Virus genome (UHGV): UHGV-0315046
Reading direction: 5' to 3' (one strand)
DNA: 36,193 nt
DNA from: a virus
Positions 1 to 10,592 of the stretch are shown here, in pieces. Positions within the stretch are counted from its first letter, which is position 1. Each line of letters begins with the position of its first letter. Under the pieces are notes generated by a model. That model had not been told where the DNA came from, made no database searches, and was given only the letters and a program-made list of their open reading frames with translations. Both the position numbers and the translations under genes were made by a program.

Positions 1-253
1 TCACTCTGCCAGATGGCGCAATGCCATCTGGTATCACTTAAAGGTATTAAAAACAACTTTTTGTCTTTTTACCTTCCCGTTTCGCTCAAGTTAGTATAAA
101 AAAGCTGAACGCGAAACATTAAAAAACATTAATATCAATGTGTTACAATATCTTTAGTCTAAAAAATAGACTACATGATGCTACAAAACACAACATATCC
201 AGTCACTATGAATCAACTACTTAGATAGTATTAGTGACCTGAGACAGAGCATT

Positions 254-292
254 AGCGCAAGGTGATTTTTGTCCTCTTGCGCTAATTTTTTG
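254..292 (+). terminator. Putative rho-independent terminator: 8-bp stem AGCGCAAG/CTTGCGCT followed by a T-run
   Basis: Perfect inverted repeat agcgcaag...cttgcgct followed by aattttttgtc; no ORF of 60 aa or more anywhere in 1-683. Confidence 0.35.
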
Positions 293-608
293 TCAACGCA
301 CTGGGTTAGTTGAATTTACAACCATGCTCAGTATCTCGACAAGCGCAGAGAAATGATGCAGTGGTGGGCGGACTGGCTTGATGAAAAGGTGGAGTGACCC
401 ACCTTAACCCTTATCGAATAGCGCAAAGCCTTGCAATCCAGTGCAAAGCTTTGTGTGTCTCAGTTTTTTCTCACAAAACATAATTCATTCAATTTAAATA
501 TCATCGTTATCATGAAAAGTATCTTTTAATAGATATTTTTATTTCTTGTGATGTAACTTCCTTGGTTGATAAAAAAACATTAACCCACCATAAACGTATG
601 AAATCATA

Positions 609-654
609 AATTATACTACAAAAGGCTTTTCTTCGTCGGCAAGGAAAGCCTTTT
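609..654 (-). terminator. Putative intrinsic terminator downstream of the tailspike gene (hairpin works on both strands)
   Basis: Inverted repeat aggctttTc...gaaagcct about 30 bp past the tailspike stop, flanked by T/A-rich runs on both sides. Confidence 0.45.
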
Positions 655-683
655 GATTGTGTAATAAAATATTGGCAGGCTGA

Positions 684-2531
684 TTATAATGATGATATTA
701 AATAGTATTCAACAAGTGTTGGTAAGGAAACACCAACAGGTGTTGGTCTTGATATTGTTATTGTTGTTCCTGAAACTGAAACAGTGTCCATTGAGTTTGC
801 AGCATCAGTTGGAATTACGCTGGCAGAATATATGACGCCAGAAATTGGGTTTGGGATGTCTGCAGTTCCTGATGTAGCTCCGGGTGACATAGGTACAGTT
901 ACCTTTCCTCTAGTTAATTTATTGTTATTAACCCCAAAGTTATTGTTTCTATCTTTTGGTGAGTTTAATAAGGTAAGTGATGTTATGTAATTACCGTTCA
1001 ATGAGAGACCGTCAATATCATCAAACAACAAATCACTAGCAAACATACATCCATTGATATTAATATTTCTTGATGTTTTTGAATAAATTGATTTATCACC
1101 ACCAATTATATTTACTCCCAAAACATTAACATTACTGACATTGTTTAAAGATATACCTATATTGTTATTGATAGGGTTATTGTTTTCACACCTAATTTCC
1201 ACTCCTTCTATATTACGAAGAACTGAAGGCGTCTGAGATCTAAAGTCTATTCCAACAAACTGATTAATGCTGTCACCTTGTGCGGCAATCCAGCAATCTC
1301 TTACAGAAAAAACAGAATTGTTATTTTCAAGAATTATCCCAGTTGACCCTACGAAATCAATATCGACATTCGAAAGATGCATATAAAGGCTACCTTTTAC
1401 CCATATCCCAACGTTATTTGAGATACACATTGTCTCACCATCAATAATTATCCCCTCGCTTATCACTTCACCACCAGACCATGAGTAAGTTTCTGGTGCA
1501 ATATCTATTCCTATAGACGATGGTTGAGACAATCCCTTTCCTGTGAATTTACATCCTGATATATGTATACTAACACACTGACCAAGCAATCTAAGACCAA
1601 TATTACACCCACTAGCTCGGCAGTTTGTCATTGAGCTGTGCCACCAGCCTTGCATTTCAAAACCTATTGAACAATTTTGTACCGTGACGCAGTCAAAATT
1701 AAGAGCGTAAACTTGCCTTATTACTGTATCGCTTTTTTTTAAGGTAGTTCCTATCCCCTTCACTATATCGTTTCCAGTAATGGTTATGTCACGAATAAAT
1801 GCACCTGCTGTTGTAGGGCCATAATCAAAACATATAATATAAGCATTACTATTACTTAAAATATCTCCTATTGGCCGTATATGAGTTCCGTTTCCACATC
1901 CGAACAAATTAATTCTATCAGGGATAATAATAGTTTCACTAATTCTATACTCTCCTGCTGGAAGAAATACATTACATCCAGATGGATATGAACTCTTTAG
2001 GTCTTGAAGACAGTTTTTAATTGCTGTTGTGTCATCATTGACGCCATCAGCTTTAGCTCCCCAACTGAAAACAGAAAAGGTCATTGCATTAAACAAATGT
2101 TGAGTCTGTGGAACCGCTCTCGGAAAAGGTTGTTTAACAGCAATTAGAGAATCTCCCATTCCTTCGGATGGGCTTGATAACCTTTTTTCAAGCTGATCAG
2201 GATCATACTTCAGCACATTCGGAAAATAGAACTGCTGTGCACCATACGCATCATAAACAGCCATAGAATGGCCTTGCACAGTTACGAATTTGGCAATCTG
2301 TCCGTTATATACAGGATACCCGCCAGCGTTAATGATGATTGGTTGCGAAACAGGAACGTGAGAGCCGTCTTCATTCTCTACATAAACCTGAATCCGGTTT
2401 TCAGGATTTACCGGGTCAGTGTCAATTTTCCCGATATAAATTTCGCCATTGGCTACGGCTTTAAAAGAACGCGCCATAGTGAAGAGTTGCGAAGGCATAC
2501 TCACTACAACATTGGCTGTAATGTCTGTCAT
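684..2531 (-). CDS. Tailspike protein: P22 gp9-type N-terminal head-binding domain fused to a divergent beta-helix receptor-binding domain
   Basis: 615-aa ORF. The first ~110 aa ([29 protein letters not shown]...VLKYDPDQ) match the conserved P22/Sf6 tailspike head-binding domain as I recall it; the remainder is Asn/Gly/Ile-rich with repetitive beta-helix character and lower GC. Confidence 0.9.
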   Translation of the reverse strand: MTDITANVVVSMPSQLFTMARSFKAVANGEIYIGKIDTDPVNPENRIQVYVENEDGSHVPVSQPIIINAGGYPVYNGQIAKFVTVQGHSMAVYDAYGAQQFYFPNVLKYDPDQLEKRLSSPSEGMGDSLIAVKQPFPRAVPQTQHLFNAMTFSVFSWGAKADGVNDDTTAIKNCLQDLKSSYPSGCNVFLPAGEYRISETIIIPDRINLFGCGNGTHIRPIGDILSNSNAYIICFDYGPTTAGAFIRDITITGNDIVKGIGTTLKKSDTVIRQVYALNFDCVTVQNCSIGFEMQGWWHSSMTNCRASGCNIGLRLLGQCVSIHISGCKFTGKGLSQPSSIGIDIAPETYSWSGGEVISEGIIIDGETMCISNNVGIWVKGSLYMHLSNVDIDFVGSTGIILENNNSVFSVRDCWIAAQGDSINQFVGIDFRSQTPSVLRNIEGVEIRCENNNPINNNIGISLNNVSNVNVLGVNIIGGDKSIYSKTSRNININGCMFASDLLFDDIDGLSLNGNYITSLTLLNSPKDRNNNFGVNNNKLTRGKVTVPMSPGATSGTADIPNPISGVIYSASVIPTDAANSMDTVSVSGTTITISRPTPVGVSLPTLVEYYLISSL

Positions 2532-2709
2532 TTAATTTGCTCCAGATACAAGGAATCGCCGCAGCATGGCTACGGTTGATATTTGTTTGGTTTTTGAACT
2601 ACGAAAATTTCGTAGTGCTATCCATCAAGGCCATCGCCGCTGAGTTGCTGCGGTGAATTTTGGGCATAAAAAAACCCAGCCGAAGCTGGGTCGTTGCGTT
2701 GGTTATCTG

Positions 2710-3624
2710 TCAGTAGTTATGTACTGAAGGAGGTAATTCTTTATTCTTAAGTCTCATCCATGCGGAAAGATTCGTTGGTCCGTCTGGCTCATTAATATCA
2801 ATATCTCGTGTGTGGTTTATTAAAACGTCTCTCGCCATTCCTATAACATAAGAGAACTCATGACCGTAGTCGTAGCATCTGCCGGAATAGTTCGATTGAA
2901 TTTGTTTCAGCGCCGGATACAGTTCGCGGAATAATGCCTGTGAGCGGTTGGCATAATCCCATAACCATACAAGGCTGTTTGCTTCTTTTGCAGAAAGCTC
3001 GTTGGTTTTCTTCTCTTGTTTGCCGATTAACTCGCCTTCAAGCGGAACGCGAGCTGCAAGTGACAGAGCTTCGGTAAACTGCTCATCGCTGATTTCTTTG
3101 TATGAACACCCAAAATGAGATTTCAGTGACGACCACATGGTGATCATCGCCTTAGCCTGTTTTTCTTTTGGCAGAGACTGACCGCGACTCATGACGAGTT
3201 GTTTAATGGCTTCCTGCTGTTCAGTGGTGATTTTTCCCGGCAACGCCTTTTTAGCTTTCGGTGTATTTCCGTAAGACCCCGTTTTACGAATGGATGGCAA
3301 AACTTCAGCTGTCACCCATTTGCGGAATTTGTGCGGGACTGAACCTTTATTGACGGCATCACGGCAGCGCAGAACCAATGTATACATACCTGATTCGCTC
3401 ACAATGCTTAAATTCTGCTCACCACCAAGGGTGTAACTTAAAGTTACTCCCTTCTCATCGTCATCAAGTGCAGTAAGCGCCTTGCGTGAGTTAGTCAGGG
3501 TTAAAGCATCACAAACATCTTTTGCTACAAACCACGGCTCACCGCACTTGTTGATGACGCGGATTTCACTGTCGCCGAATTTGAAGATGGTGAAATCGTT
3601 TTGTGCCTTTGCTATACTTTTCAT
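2710..3624 (-). CDS. ant: Antirepressor Ant (immI region)
   Basis: 304-aa ORF with an N-terminal Bro-N/AntA-like segment ([15 protein letters not shown]), placed between arc/mnt and the tailspike as in P22 immI. Confidence 0.7.
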   Translation of the reverse strand: MKSIAKAQNDFTIFKFGDSEIRVINKCGEPWFVAKDVCDALTLTNSRKALTALDDDEKGVTLSYTLGGEQNLSIVSESGMYTLVLRCRDAVNKGSVPHKFRKWVTAEVLPSIRKTGSYGNTPKAKKALPGKITTEQQEAIKQLVMSRGQSLPKEKQAKAMITMWSSLKSHFGCSYKEISDEQFTEALSLAARVPLEGELIGKQEKKTNELSAKEANSLVWLWDYANRSQALFRELYPALKQIQSNYSGRCYDYGHEFSYVIGMARDVLINHTRDIDINEPDGPTNLSAWMRLKNKELPPSVHNY

Positions 3625-3686
3625 GTCAATATTTCCTAATCCGATTTGTTGATACCGAAGCCCTGACTGTTACAGCAGTTGGGGCT

Positions 3687-3878
3687 TCAACTTTTATCAG
3701 CGACTTCAACTGGAATACTCTCTAGCTTTTCATCTAACCCCTTCTCGCCATGCATGAAAATAACAATATCTGTAACGCATGAGTCACAAATTGCTTCTTC
3801 GGTATTTTTTGACACAACAAAGCCCCTGCCAGTCGTTTCTTTACTACACCCACAAAAACAACATCTGCGGTTTTTCAT
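3687..3878 (-). CDS. Small Cys-rich (zinc-ribbon-like) protein between arc and ant
   Basis: 63-aa ORF with CCFCGC...CDSC (CxxC...CxxC); its ATG overlaps the arc stop as ATGA, suggesting translational coupling. Confidence 0.45.
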   Translation of the reverse strand: MKNRRCCFCGCSKETTGRGFVVSKNTEEAICDSCVTDIVIFMHGEKGLDEKLESIPVEVADKS

Positions 3879-4027
3879 ACCACTACCCCCTCTCTCTTCA
3901 GGCTGTCCAGCAATCGCTTAATCACTTCCGAGTTAAACGACCGGCATTCTTCTTTGGCCTTTCCTGTAATCGCATCTTTTAGCGACTGAGGCATTCTCAC
4001 CAAAATTCTGCTAACTTCTTTTTCCAT
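3875..4027 (-). CDS. arc: Arc-like ribbon-helix-helix repressor
   Basis: Start refined to the internal Met (MEKEVSRILVRMPQSLKD...) preceded by GGTGG. RHH pattern hydrophobic-R-hydrophobic-P...NGRS-NSE resembles P22 Arc; divergent to mnt. Confidence 0.7.
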   Translation of the reverse strand: MEKEVSRILVRMPQSLKDAITGKAKEECRSFNSEVIKRLLDSLKREGVVV

Positions 4028-4136
4028 ACCGCCACCATGTGAGTTATTGTGAATCACAAACATATCACTGTGACTATATCAAGTCAAAATTTTTTTGAAT
4101 ACACTGTGATATCAATGTGATTATCACGGTGTAAGT
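4028..4136. promoter_or_regulatory. Divergent Pant/Pmnt promoter-operator region
   Basis: 109-bp spacer between divergent arc and mnt starts containing palindromes TTGTGAaTCACAA, TGATATCA and GTGATtATCAC, consistent with Arc/Mnt operators. Confidence 0.5.
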
Positions 4137-4391
4137 ATGACGAAGGTTAGAGACATAGCCCCATATAGCGTAAGAATGCCAGATAGCCTCAAGCGCGACC
4201 TGACCATAAGAGCATCGAAAAACGGACGCTCATTAAATTCAGAAATAGTTATGATCTTGCAAGCTGCTATTGATGAAGAAAAATCACCAAGATCAATAGA
4301 AGGTTTTGCTCAACAAGAATCTGAAAAATTTAGGGAGGCTCTTCTTAAGACTCTCAGTAGCATGTACGGAGAAGATAAAAAACCCACCTGA
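4137..4391 (+). CDS. mnt: Mnt-like ribbon-helix-helix repressor
   Basis: 84-aa ORF; N-terminal RHH (YSVRMPDSLKRDLTIRASKNGRSLNSEIV) resembles P22 Mnt in length and motif. Confidence 0.75.
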   Translation: MTKVRDIAPYSVRMPDSLKRDLTIRASKNGRSLNSEIVMILQAAIDEEKSPRSIEGFAQQESEKFREALLKTLSSMYGEDKKPT

Positions 4392-4399
4392 CGGCGGGT

Positions 4400-4849
4400 T
4401 TAGTCAAACATAGTGTTTCTAAAGTCTCTCGCATACCCTGCTAACACTCTCATTCTATTATGATTGTTAGCAGACATGTGAGCTACAGGATGAAAAAGAG
4501 CAATCAATGAATACCTGTTCTCATCAAAAAGATTTTGTGCATAAACGAGAGCGGTATTGGATGTTTTATGCCACTGCAACTTTTGCGGTGTGCTGATATC
4601 TGTGCCATTTTTTATTGGCTCAAATTTATTTTCACCAATTGCTAAATGAAGGTGCATAAGACCTGCATCTTCAATATCAGGAGGACGATGATAAGAGGTG
4701 TCTCTGCCAAAATAGCTGGGCAACGTTCCCGTAGACTTGTAGATGATAAAATCATCTACAAGTGTTTGTTTTAAATCAGGAAACTCAACAAAAACCGGGG
4801 AGAAAAAATAGTCAAAACTATCCTGATTATATTCCACGGTTACTTGCAT
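4400..4849 (-). CDS. YafO-like toxin candidate (ribosome-dependent mRNA interferase family)
   Basis: 149-aa ORF. Motifs DFIIYKSTGTLPSYFGRD, MHLHLA, ALVYAQNLFDE and NNHNRM align with my recollection of E. coli YafO; not verified by search. AT-rich relative to flanking structural genes. Confidence 0.45.
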   Translation of the reverse strand: MQVTVEYNQDSFDYFFSPVFVEFPDLKQTLVDDFIIYKSTGTLPSYFGRDTSYHRPPDIEDAGLMHLHLAIGENKFEPIKNGTDISTPQKLQWHKTSNTALVYAQNLFDENRYSLIALFHPVAHMSANNHNRMRVLAGYARDFRNTMFD

Positions 4850-4857
4850 GTTTTACC

Positions 4858-5424
4858 TCAGTGGAAGTTACCAGAGTGAAACACACGAGTCCCGTGCTCA
4901 GCAAGCGCACGCAAACCAGCCATATCTACGGAACTATCAAAAACAACCGGAACACATGAGCGTTGTTTAATAAGACTATTCAGGTTAGTTACGGCAGATC
5001 TAGCATCAGCAACAACGATATAGATATCTCTTGCGATCTCTTTAAAATCAGCAGAAGCTTCTTTGAATACCGATTTCATTGCCCCTTCAAGTCCTCTCAA
5101 TTGATGCTCTATCAATCGAGACTTTTCTGGTTCAATGATAGACAACACATTGTCTACATTCTCATCGGTAGCGTTTGCAAGAACACGATAAGCGTATTTC
5201 AGCATTCGAGACAATTCTTTAATCGAAGACACCGCCTCATGAAGCTCATCATTAGCCCGTTCACTGCTGAATGAGGATTGATGGTAAGCGTGCTGAACGT
5301 TATCAGTAACAACCACCTCACAACTGAACGCAGAAGCTTGCTGTAATAGCAAACCTATTGCGACTCCAGCTTTGGCAGCGTTCAAGCTAAACATTTCATC
5401 AATCCCATTAGTCTCATTGCTCAT
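4858..5424 (-). CDS. Hypothetical protein, upstream partner of the YafO-like gene
   Basis: Start refined to MSNETNG..., preceded by AAGGAGG at ~6 nt. 188 aa, predicted mostly helical, no recognised motif. Stop lies 9 bp before the downstream gene start, same strand. Confidence 0.6.
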   Translation of the reverse strand: MSNETNGIDEMFSLNAAKAGVAIGLLLQQASAFSCEVVVTDNVQHAYHQSSFSSERANDELHEAVSSIKELSRMLKYAYRVLANATDENVDNVLSIIEPEKSRLIEHQLRGLEGAMKSVFKEASADFKEIARDIYIVVADARSAVTNLNSLIKQRSCVPVVFDSSVDMAGLRALAEHGTRVFHSGNFH

Positions 5425-5599
5425 ACAAACCTCCTTCTTATCGGAGATTATCAATAGCTATGTATCCATTGAATACACGCTATGCGCAGTAATTCTACGT
5501 CACGTGATATCATTATGCAACCACCGTTCTATCACCGACTAACTTTACTCCCACTCCTATACATCATCTGGTATCCTGCTCAAAACTAAGGAGGTTGGT

Positions 5600-5929
5600 G
5601 TGCTTGAATGGTTTCTGTTGGCTGCATTAGTCGTTTCTGGTTTGGTGTATGAGTATCGAATGCACTCTCTAACAAAAAAAATAGGAATTCTAGAAAACGA
5701 ATATTGTGCTCTCAAATCCTCACTGGAACGTGAGCAAGGGGACTTAAAAATCTCTCTGTCTAGCATTGAGCGTTCTATAGAGAGCTTAGAGGATAAGGTT
5801 GAGCGTATAAAGAATGAGGATATTCATGATATTAAGGACGACATATCCTTCTTAAAATCTTGGTTGAAAAATGTTGGGAAAATTGCCACATCAACACGAG
5901 ATAAGCTCAATCCATCCATGGATGACTAA
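5600..5929 (+). CDS. Small membrane-anchored coiled-coil protein (moron)
   Basis: GTG start preceded by AAGGAGG. N-terminal hydrophobic helix (LEWFLLAALVVSGLVYEY) followed by heptad-like charged repeats; stop abuts the convergent ejection-protein gene. Confidence 0.55.
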   Translation: MLEWFLLAALVVSGLVYEYRMHSLTKKIGILENEYCALKSSLEREQGDLKISLSSIERSIESLEDKVERIKNEDIHDIKDDISFLKSWLKNVGKIATSTRDKLNPSMDD

Positions 5930-8050
5930 TTACTCCTGTGCCATTCCGCTTAGCGATGCCACAATTCCAGCTCTTGCTAAACGCTGGAACTCTTCGTTTC
6001 CTAGTGCCTCGCGTATTGCTTTTACGGCGGCCTTATTTGCCATAAATCTGCGTTCCGCCGCCGCTAATGCACCATCACTTGCCCCAACCTTAACTGCCTT
6101 TGTTGCCTCTTGAACAGCCTTTTCAATAGCGTAACGACCGCTTCTAGTTGCGGATAATTTCGCTATCGCTCCTTTTGCCATTGCATCAATTGCCCCACCT
6201 GCAGCGCCACCCGCTATTGCTCCAATAACGCCTCCTCCAGAGAACCCTGCGATAGTGCCAGTAGTTCTAAAAGCGCCAGACAATGCGCTCTCTAAAACTG
6301 GATGAAGGCCATTCTCAAGAGTGCTAATGGCTGGCATAGATCGCCCTGTCTGTTCAACATATCGAAGTGGCTTTGTTGCTGCTCGTGCAAGTTCTCCGTA
6401 TGAACTTGTAATCCTGCCAAGTTCTGGAGAATATCGACTAATTGCCTTCACGTTTTGTGGGGTAAGAATAGTCGCGATATGCTTAATTCCAGCCTCTTCA
6501 GACTTACCTCCGCGTACCCCTTGCGACATTGCATCTTGTAATATTGATGCAATTGCTGGCGCGCGTTCCGACTCAGGTAGGGCGCTTATTATTTTATGGA
6601 ACTGACCTGTTCCACTTTTTGCTGAACCCTGTAACGCCTTAGATCCATTAGTTACCAACTGATCAGTTGCAAGGTCTCTACCAAACGCTGCTTCAGCCTG
6701 TTCTTGTGCTGTAAATCTTGCCTTTGACAGATCATTAGCTTTTTGCCAGTCATCAAGAAAACCGCCATTTTGAGCCATTATGCGCATATCTTCCGTTGCT
6801 GCATCACGAAGCTCAGCCATGCGCCTTGCCGTATTTGCCTCACCAGACCTTATATACTTCTGCTCTGCGTCAGCAAGTTTACTTCGCCATGCCTTCATGG
6901 CATCAAACGTGATTCCTTTTTTACCAGTTTTAGCATAAGCAGATGCGAATTGTTTCATCTCAGGAGTTAGCGGCATGCCAGCCAAAATATCACCCTGAAT
7001 TGTAGCGTTCAGGTTTGACATTCTGGCCTTTGCGTCAGGCATCGTGGAGCGGACGCTATCCCATGCGGCCTTTTCTGAATTTTTCATTTTATCAATACTT
7101 GCCAAAACCCTTTGTTTTATGGCTGCACTTTTTTCTGATGCAGTTCCTGCTTCAGCCCCAAACTCATCCAATGCTGAGTTAAATTTCGACTCTATTTCAC
7201 TGAATGCTTTGGTGTGTGCATCCTGTGTAATTCCGGGCTTTGACGCCAGAATCCCCTCCGCCTGAGCAAGACCACGACTACCTGATCTCATGCCAGGAGT
7301 TAATGCGTTGATATCTATTCCAGCAGTATCTGCTGCTTTTGCTATTTCGTCTGACACATTAGCTGACTGTCTGGCAATAATCTCTCTTCCTGTACCAGAC
7401 TTTGCCATTTTCGAAACATCAGCAGCGGAATTTATTGCCCCGCCACCAAGAACTTGAGGTGATTTAGAGGTTAAGATCCTTCCAGCCCCAGAAAGTATCC
7501 CCTGAGCACCAATATTGATACCACTGTTAATGGCAGCATTTTGTGCAAAGTCGCCCTCCTGATTTGCAGCATCAGCAAGAGAACCTGCAATCATGTTTCC
7601 TGCGGAACCGATATCTCCAGCGAGCTTTGCTGGCGCTCCAGCAGCTTTTGCTGCTGTGCCAATTGGCAGGAGATACCCACCAATTGTTTCACCGGCTTGC
7701 GCGTAAGGGTCTGTCGGTCGATCGACTGGACGATAGACATCATCCAAAACCTTGGGGCCACCAAGCCCATGGCTGATTGCATTAATCAGACTTGCGCCAC
7801 CCTGCAATACGTCAAATGGTATGTTTACCAGACCACGGCCAGCCTGTTCTGCAATTTGCCCTGCACTTTGACCACCAGTGAGCCAGTCAGTGGCTTTTCC
7901 TACCAGAGATTGTTCTTCTGGCTGCGATTGGTTTTGAGTGGATTGATCACCAGAAGACAGCATCTGAGCAATGCGACGTGCTCCCTCAGTATCGCCGGCA
8001 GCATCAGCATTCCTTAACGCCGTCATCAATTGTTCACGACTATAGGCCAT
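5930..8050 (-). CDS. Ejection (internal virion) protein, P22 gp16-like
   Basis: 706-aa Ala/Gly-rich protein at the gp16 position after the gp20 homolog; longer than P22 gp16 (~609 aa). Confidence 0.7.
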   Translation of the reverse strand: MAYSREQLMTALRNADAAGDTEGARRIAQMLSSGDQSTQNQSQPEEQSLVGKATDWLTGGQSAGQIAEQAGRGLVNIPFDVLQGGASLINAISHGLGGPKVLDDVYRPVDRPTDPYAQAGETIGGYLLPIGTAAKAAGAPAKLAGDIGSAGNMIAGSLADAANQEGDFAQNAAINSGINIGAQGILSGAGRILTSKSPQVLGGGAINSAADVSKMAKSGTGREIIARQSANVSDEIAKAADTAGIDINALTPGMRSGSRGLAQAEGILASKPGITQDAHTKAFSEIESKFNSALDEFGAEAGTASEKSAAIKQRVLASIDKMKNSEKAAWDSVRSTMPDAKARMSNLNATIQGDILAGMPLTPEMKQFASAYAKTGKKGITFDAMKAWRSKLADAEQKYIRSGEANTARRMAELRDAATEDMRIMAQNGGFLDDWQKANDLSKARFTAQEQAEAAFGRDLATDQLVTNGSKALQGSAKSGTGQFHKIISALPESERAPAIASILQDAMSQGVRGGKSEEAGIKHIATILTPQNVKAISRYSPELGRITSSYGELARAATKPLRYVEQTGRSMPAISTLENGLHPVLESALSGAFRTTGTIAGFSGGGVIGAIAGGAAGGAIDAMAKGAIAKLSATRSGRYAIEKAVQEATKAVKVGASDGALAAAERRFMANKAAVKAIREALGNEEFQRLARAGIVASLSGMAQE

Positions 8051-9426
8051 TACTGCCCTCCGAGATATTTGCTAATTAATTCGTCATCGGACAATTGCTG
8101 TTGAGGTTGGCTATCGCCATAACTTGAGGAAAGAAAACGTTTTGCCGCAGAGTTCAATGATTCACCCTTCTTAACATCCATCCCCATGATGTTTCGGTTG
8201 CGATCAGATTGTCCTGGGCTGCCGTTTGCACTCATCCACTCAGACCTAAACTCGTTGAACTTCGCGTTATTACTTTCCATTTTTGCCATCCCCCTTAACC
8301 ATCGAGCCATGACCATTGGATTATCCGTTTCGCTTGGAATGCCTTTCCTTGCAAACTCAATATCCTTATCTGATGCAGGGCCGGGAGGGAGAAGCTTGGT
8401 TGCCTGCGCATTGGCTAGTTGGTTGAATCTAATCCGCATATCTCGGAGGTAGTTATCTTGCCCCGTAAGCTTAGTGAACATATTTTCAGCGTTACCGAAC
8501 AAACCAGGAGTTGGCTTCTCCTTCTCCAGCGTGTCAGCGAGCGTTGTCATTGAATCGGCAGCATTACGACTAGCTGCCGCATCACCTGCTGATTTTTCTA
8601 TAGCCTTTTCCATGTTCACTGATAATTTTGGCGCAGCATTAATAAGTTCCTCGGCCTTTTTTTGTGCCTGTTGTACTTCAAAACCGAATTTCTGCTTATC
8701 AAGTGCCAGTCTTTCTGCTGCAAGTCCGTGTCCGGTCATTGCTGACTGATAGGAAAGGTTTTGCCCTCTCGCCTGAAGTGCCTCGCCAGCCTGATTGCTG
8801 CGGATTGTCTCTGCCAGCCTGCCTCGGTCAATTTCACGACCAGCCATCTTGTCCTGAACATTGAAGTAATCAATCGGACCAAGCGCAGCCATCCCAAGAT
8901 GATCAACAAACTCACCAAATCCTGAAGGATTCTGCTGATACATCTGAGCAACGCTGTTAGGGTCAACACCGACGCGAGTCAGTTCCTTGGCGTTGTTTTG
9001 CAGCCATGATTGCATTGCTTCTGGAGACGATGACGCAAGGCGTGCTCCAGCCGCTAAGGTGCCGATAGAATTACGCTGCTCTTCATCAATGAATCCCATG
9101 CCTTTACGAACGGATTCAATCTGGTCTGGATATTGAGTAGCCAACTGACGCAAAGCACCGCGATCACCAGACGCATAAGCATTAGCGTACGCCTGCTGAA
9201 ATTCTTTCTGCCGCTGAGCCTGCTTTTCCTGCTGAAACACCCCCGCAATACCTGAAAGGCCTTGCAAAGCAGTCAGCCCAACATTGTTAGCGCCTGAACG
9301 CTCAATATCATTGTTCTGCCTGATAAGCTGAAGCGTATTGCCGATGTCATTTACGTTCGGAGCGTTTGAGTTGACACCACCGATACCAGCCAACAATCCG
9401 CCATTTGTTCCTTGCCAAGTAGCCAT
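8050..9426 (-). CDS. Ejection protein, P22 gp20-like
   Basis: 458 aa, synteny gp7-gp20-gp16; start/stop overlaps with neighbours. Confidence 0.7.
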   Translation of the reverse strand: MATWQGTNGGLLAGIGGVNSNAPNVNDIGNTLQLIRQNNDIERSGANNVGLTALQGLSGIAGVFQQEKQAQRQKEFQQAYANAYASGDRGALRQLATQYPDQIESVRKGMGFIDEEQRNSIGTLAAGARLASSSPEAMQSWLQNNAKELTRVGVDPNSVAQMYQQNPSGFGEFVDHLGMAALGPIDYFNVQDKMAGREIDRGRLAETIRSNQAGEALQARGQNLSYQSAMTGHGLAAERLALDKQKFGFEVQQAQKKAEELINAAPKLSVNMEKAIEKSAGDAAASRNAADSMTTLADTLEKEKPTPGLFGNAENMFTKLTGQDNYLRDMRIRFNQLANAQATKLLPPGPASDKDIEFARKGIPSETDNPMVMARWLRGMAKMESNNAKFNEFRSEWMSANGSPGQSDRNRNIMGMDVKKGESLNSAAKRFLSSSYGDSQPQQQLSDDELISKYLGGQ

Positions 9427-9435
9427 GATTACCCC

Positions 9436-10131
9436 TTAAAACAACGATCCAAGCAGGCCAAGTCCGCCGCCAATTGCCGCACCTAACCCAGTGCCAAGTC
9501 CTGGAACAATAGAGCCAAGAGCAGCGCCAGTCATAGCCCCTGAAGCTCCGCCGCTAATTGCTGTCTGAAGACCTGATGGTTTATTGGCATTAGCAGCGGC
9601 AAGAGCCGCACTTTGCTGAGAAATCTGACTCATGTTGTTGGCATATGTCTGCCCGGCGTTTGCCTGACCTTGCAGTGCGCCAAGACCAATATTTGCCAGA
9701 TTCTGGTAGTTGTTCATCTGACCAGACAGCCACTGCTGACCAAGCGTTGGTGCGATTGTTGCTAACTGATTGCCGGTTGCAGTGGAACCCAATCCACCTG
9801 TTGCTTCCGCTGCAGCCAGACTCTGATAGCGAGCCTGACCAGCAAGATCTTTGTACTGCTGAGAGTTGTAATACTGGTTAAGTGCCTGACCTTGCCCCTG
9901 AAGAGAGGAAAGATCCTGCAATTGTGATACATACTGCTCCGCAAGAGGCGTGAACGGAGCAAGGTTTTTCATGATCGTCTGCCACTGCTGATTTTGCAGG
10001 TCTGCTGCATACTTCTGAGCTTCTGCGGCATACTTTGCGCTTTTATCAGAACTGCCACCTTTCCCGCCTTTTTCAGGGCAATAAGGTTCCTCGCCGCGCA
10101 GTTTTCTGCCCAGCTTAAATGCATATAACAT
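9436..10131 (-). CDS. Ejection protein, P22 gp7-like
   Basis: 231 aa, Gln/Gly-rich with a Gly-rich hydrophobic C-terminus; size and position match gp7. Confidence 0.7.
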   Translation of the reverse strand: MLYAFKLGRKLRGEEPYCPEKGGKGGSSDKSAKYAAEAQKYAADLQNQQWQTIMKNLAPFTPLAEQYVSQLQDLSSLQGQGQALNQYYNSQQYKDLAGQARYQSLAAAEATGGLGSTATGNQLATIAPTLGQQWLSGQMNNYQNLANIGLGALQGQANAGQTYANNMSQISQQSAALAAANANKPSGLQTAISGGASGAMTGAALGSIVPGLGTGLGAAIGGGLGLLGSLF

Positions 10132-10133
10132 GG

Positions 10134-10592
10134 CTATCTCCCGTGATTCAGGAATTCGATTAGTTCTTCGCGTGTAGCACTGTAAAATGTCACGTCATCC
10201 ACGCCTTTGAAGTATTTCTTGATGGTTCCTACACGCTTAAGTCCAATCATTGCGCAGTACATCTGACCGTGGCGGAATTTGCGTGCGGCGAACGATGTGA
10301 CGCACTGAACGGTGGTGTTAGTCAGAATGTATCGCCAGAACGCCAGCCCGATTTCCTTGCTGAAGCCGCGAATCTCTGGCAGGTACATGGCGTGGCAATC
10401 GAAGGTCAGCGGCTGAATCTCCTGATAGTAAACAATGCCGCCGAACTGCCCGTGCACGTTCACCTCAAAGTAACGGCAATCAGGTTTGTAGTCGTATCCA
10501 TCACCATTGTTGCTCCCGGCAATAATGTCAGGGTGATTTCCGACTGCTTCGATCAGGTCGATGTTTCGCGTTGGTTTGAACTGAATCATCAC
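10134..10592 (-). CDS. P22 gp14-position virion protein
   Basis: 152-aa ORF between the tail needle and gp7 homologs; assigned by synteny only. Confidence 0.55.
   Translation of the reverse strand: MMIQFKPTRNIDLIEAVGNHPDIIAGSNNGDGYDYKPDCRYFEVNVHGQFGGIVYYQEIQPLTFDCHAMYLPEIRGFSKEIGLAFWRYILTNTTVQCVTSFAARKFRHGQMYCAMIGLKRVGTIKKYFKGVDDVTFYSATREELIEFLNHGR

Noticed and set aside
7541-8017. 158-aa plus-strand ORF and other small ORFs opposite the gp16/gp20-like genes
   Set aside because: Antisense to Ala/Gly-rich ejection protein genes, whose reverse frames are naturally open; Cys/Ser-rich, unlikely to be real.
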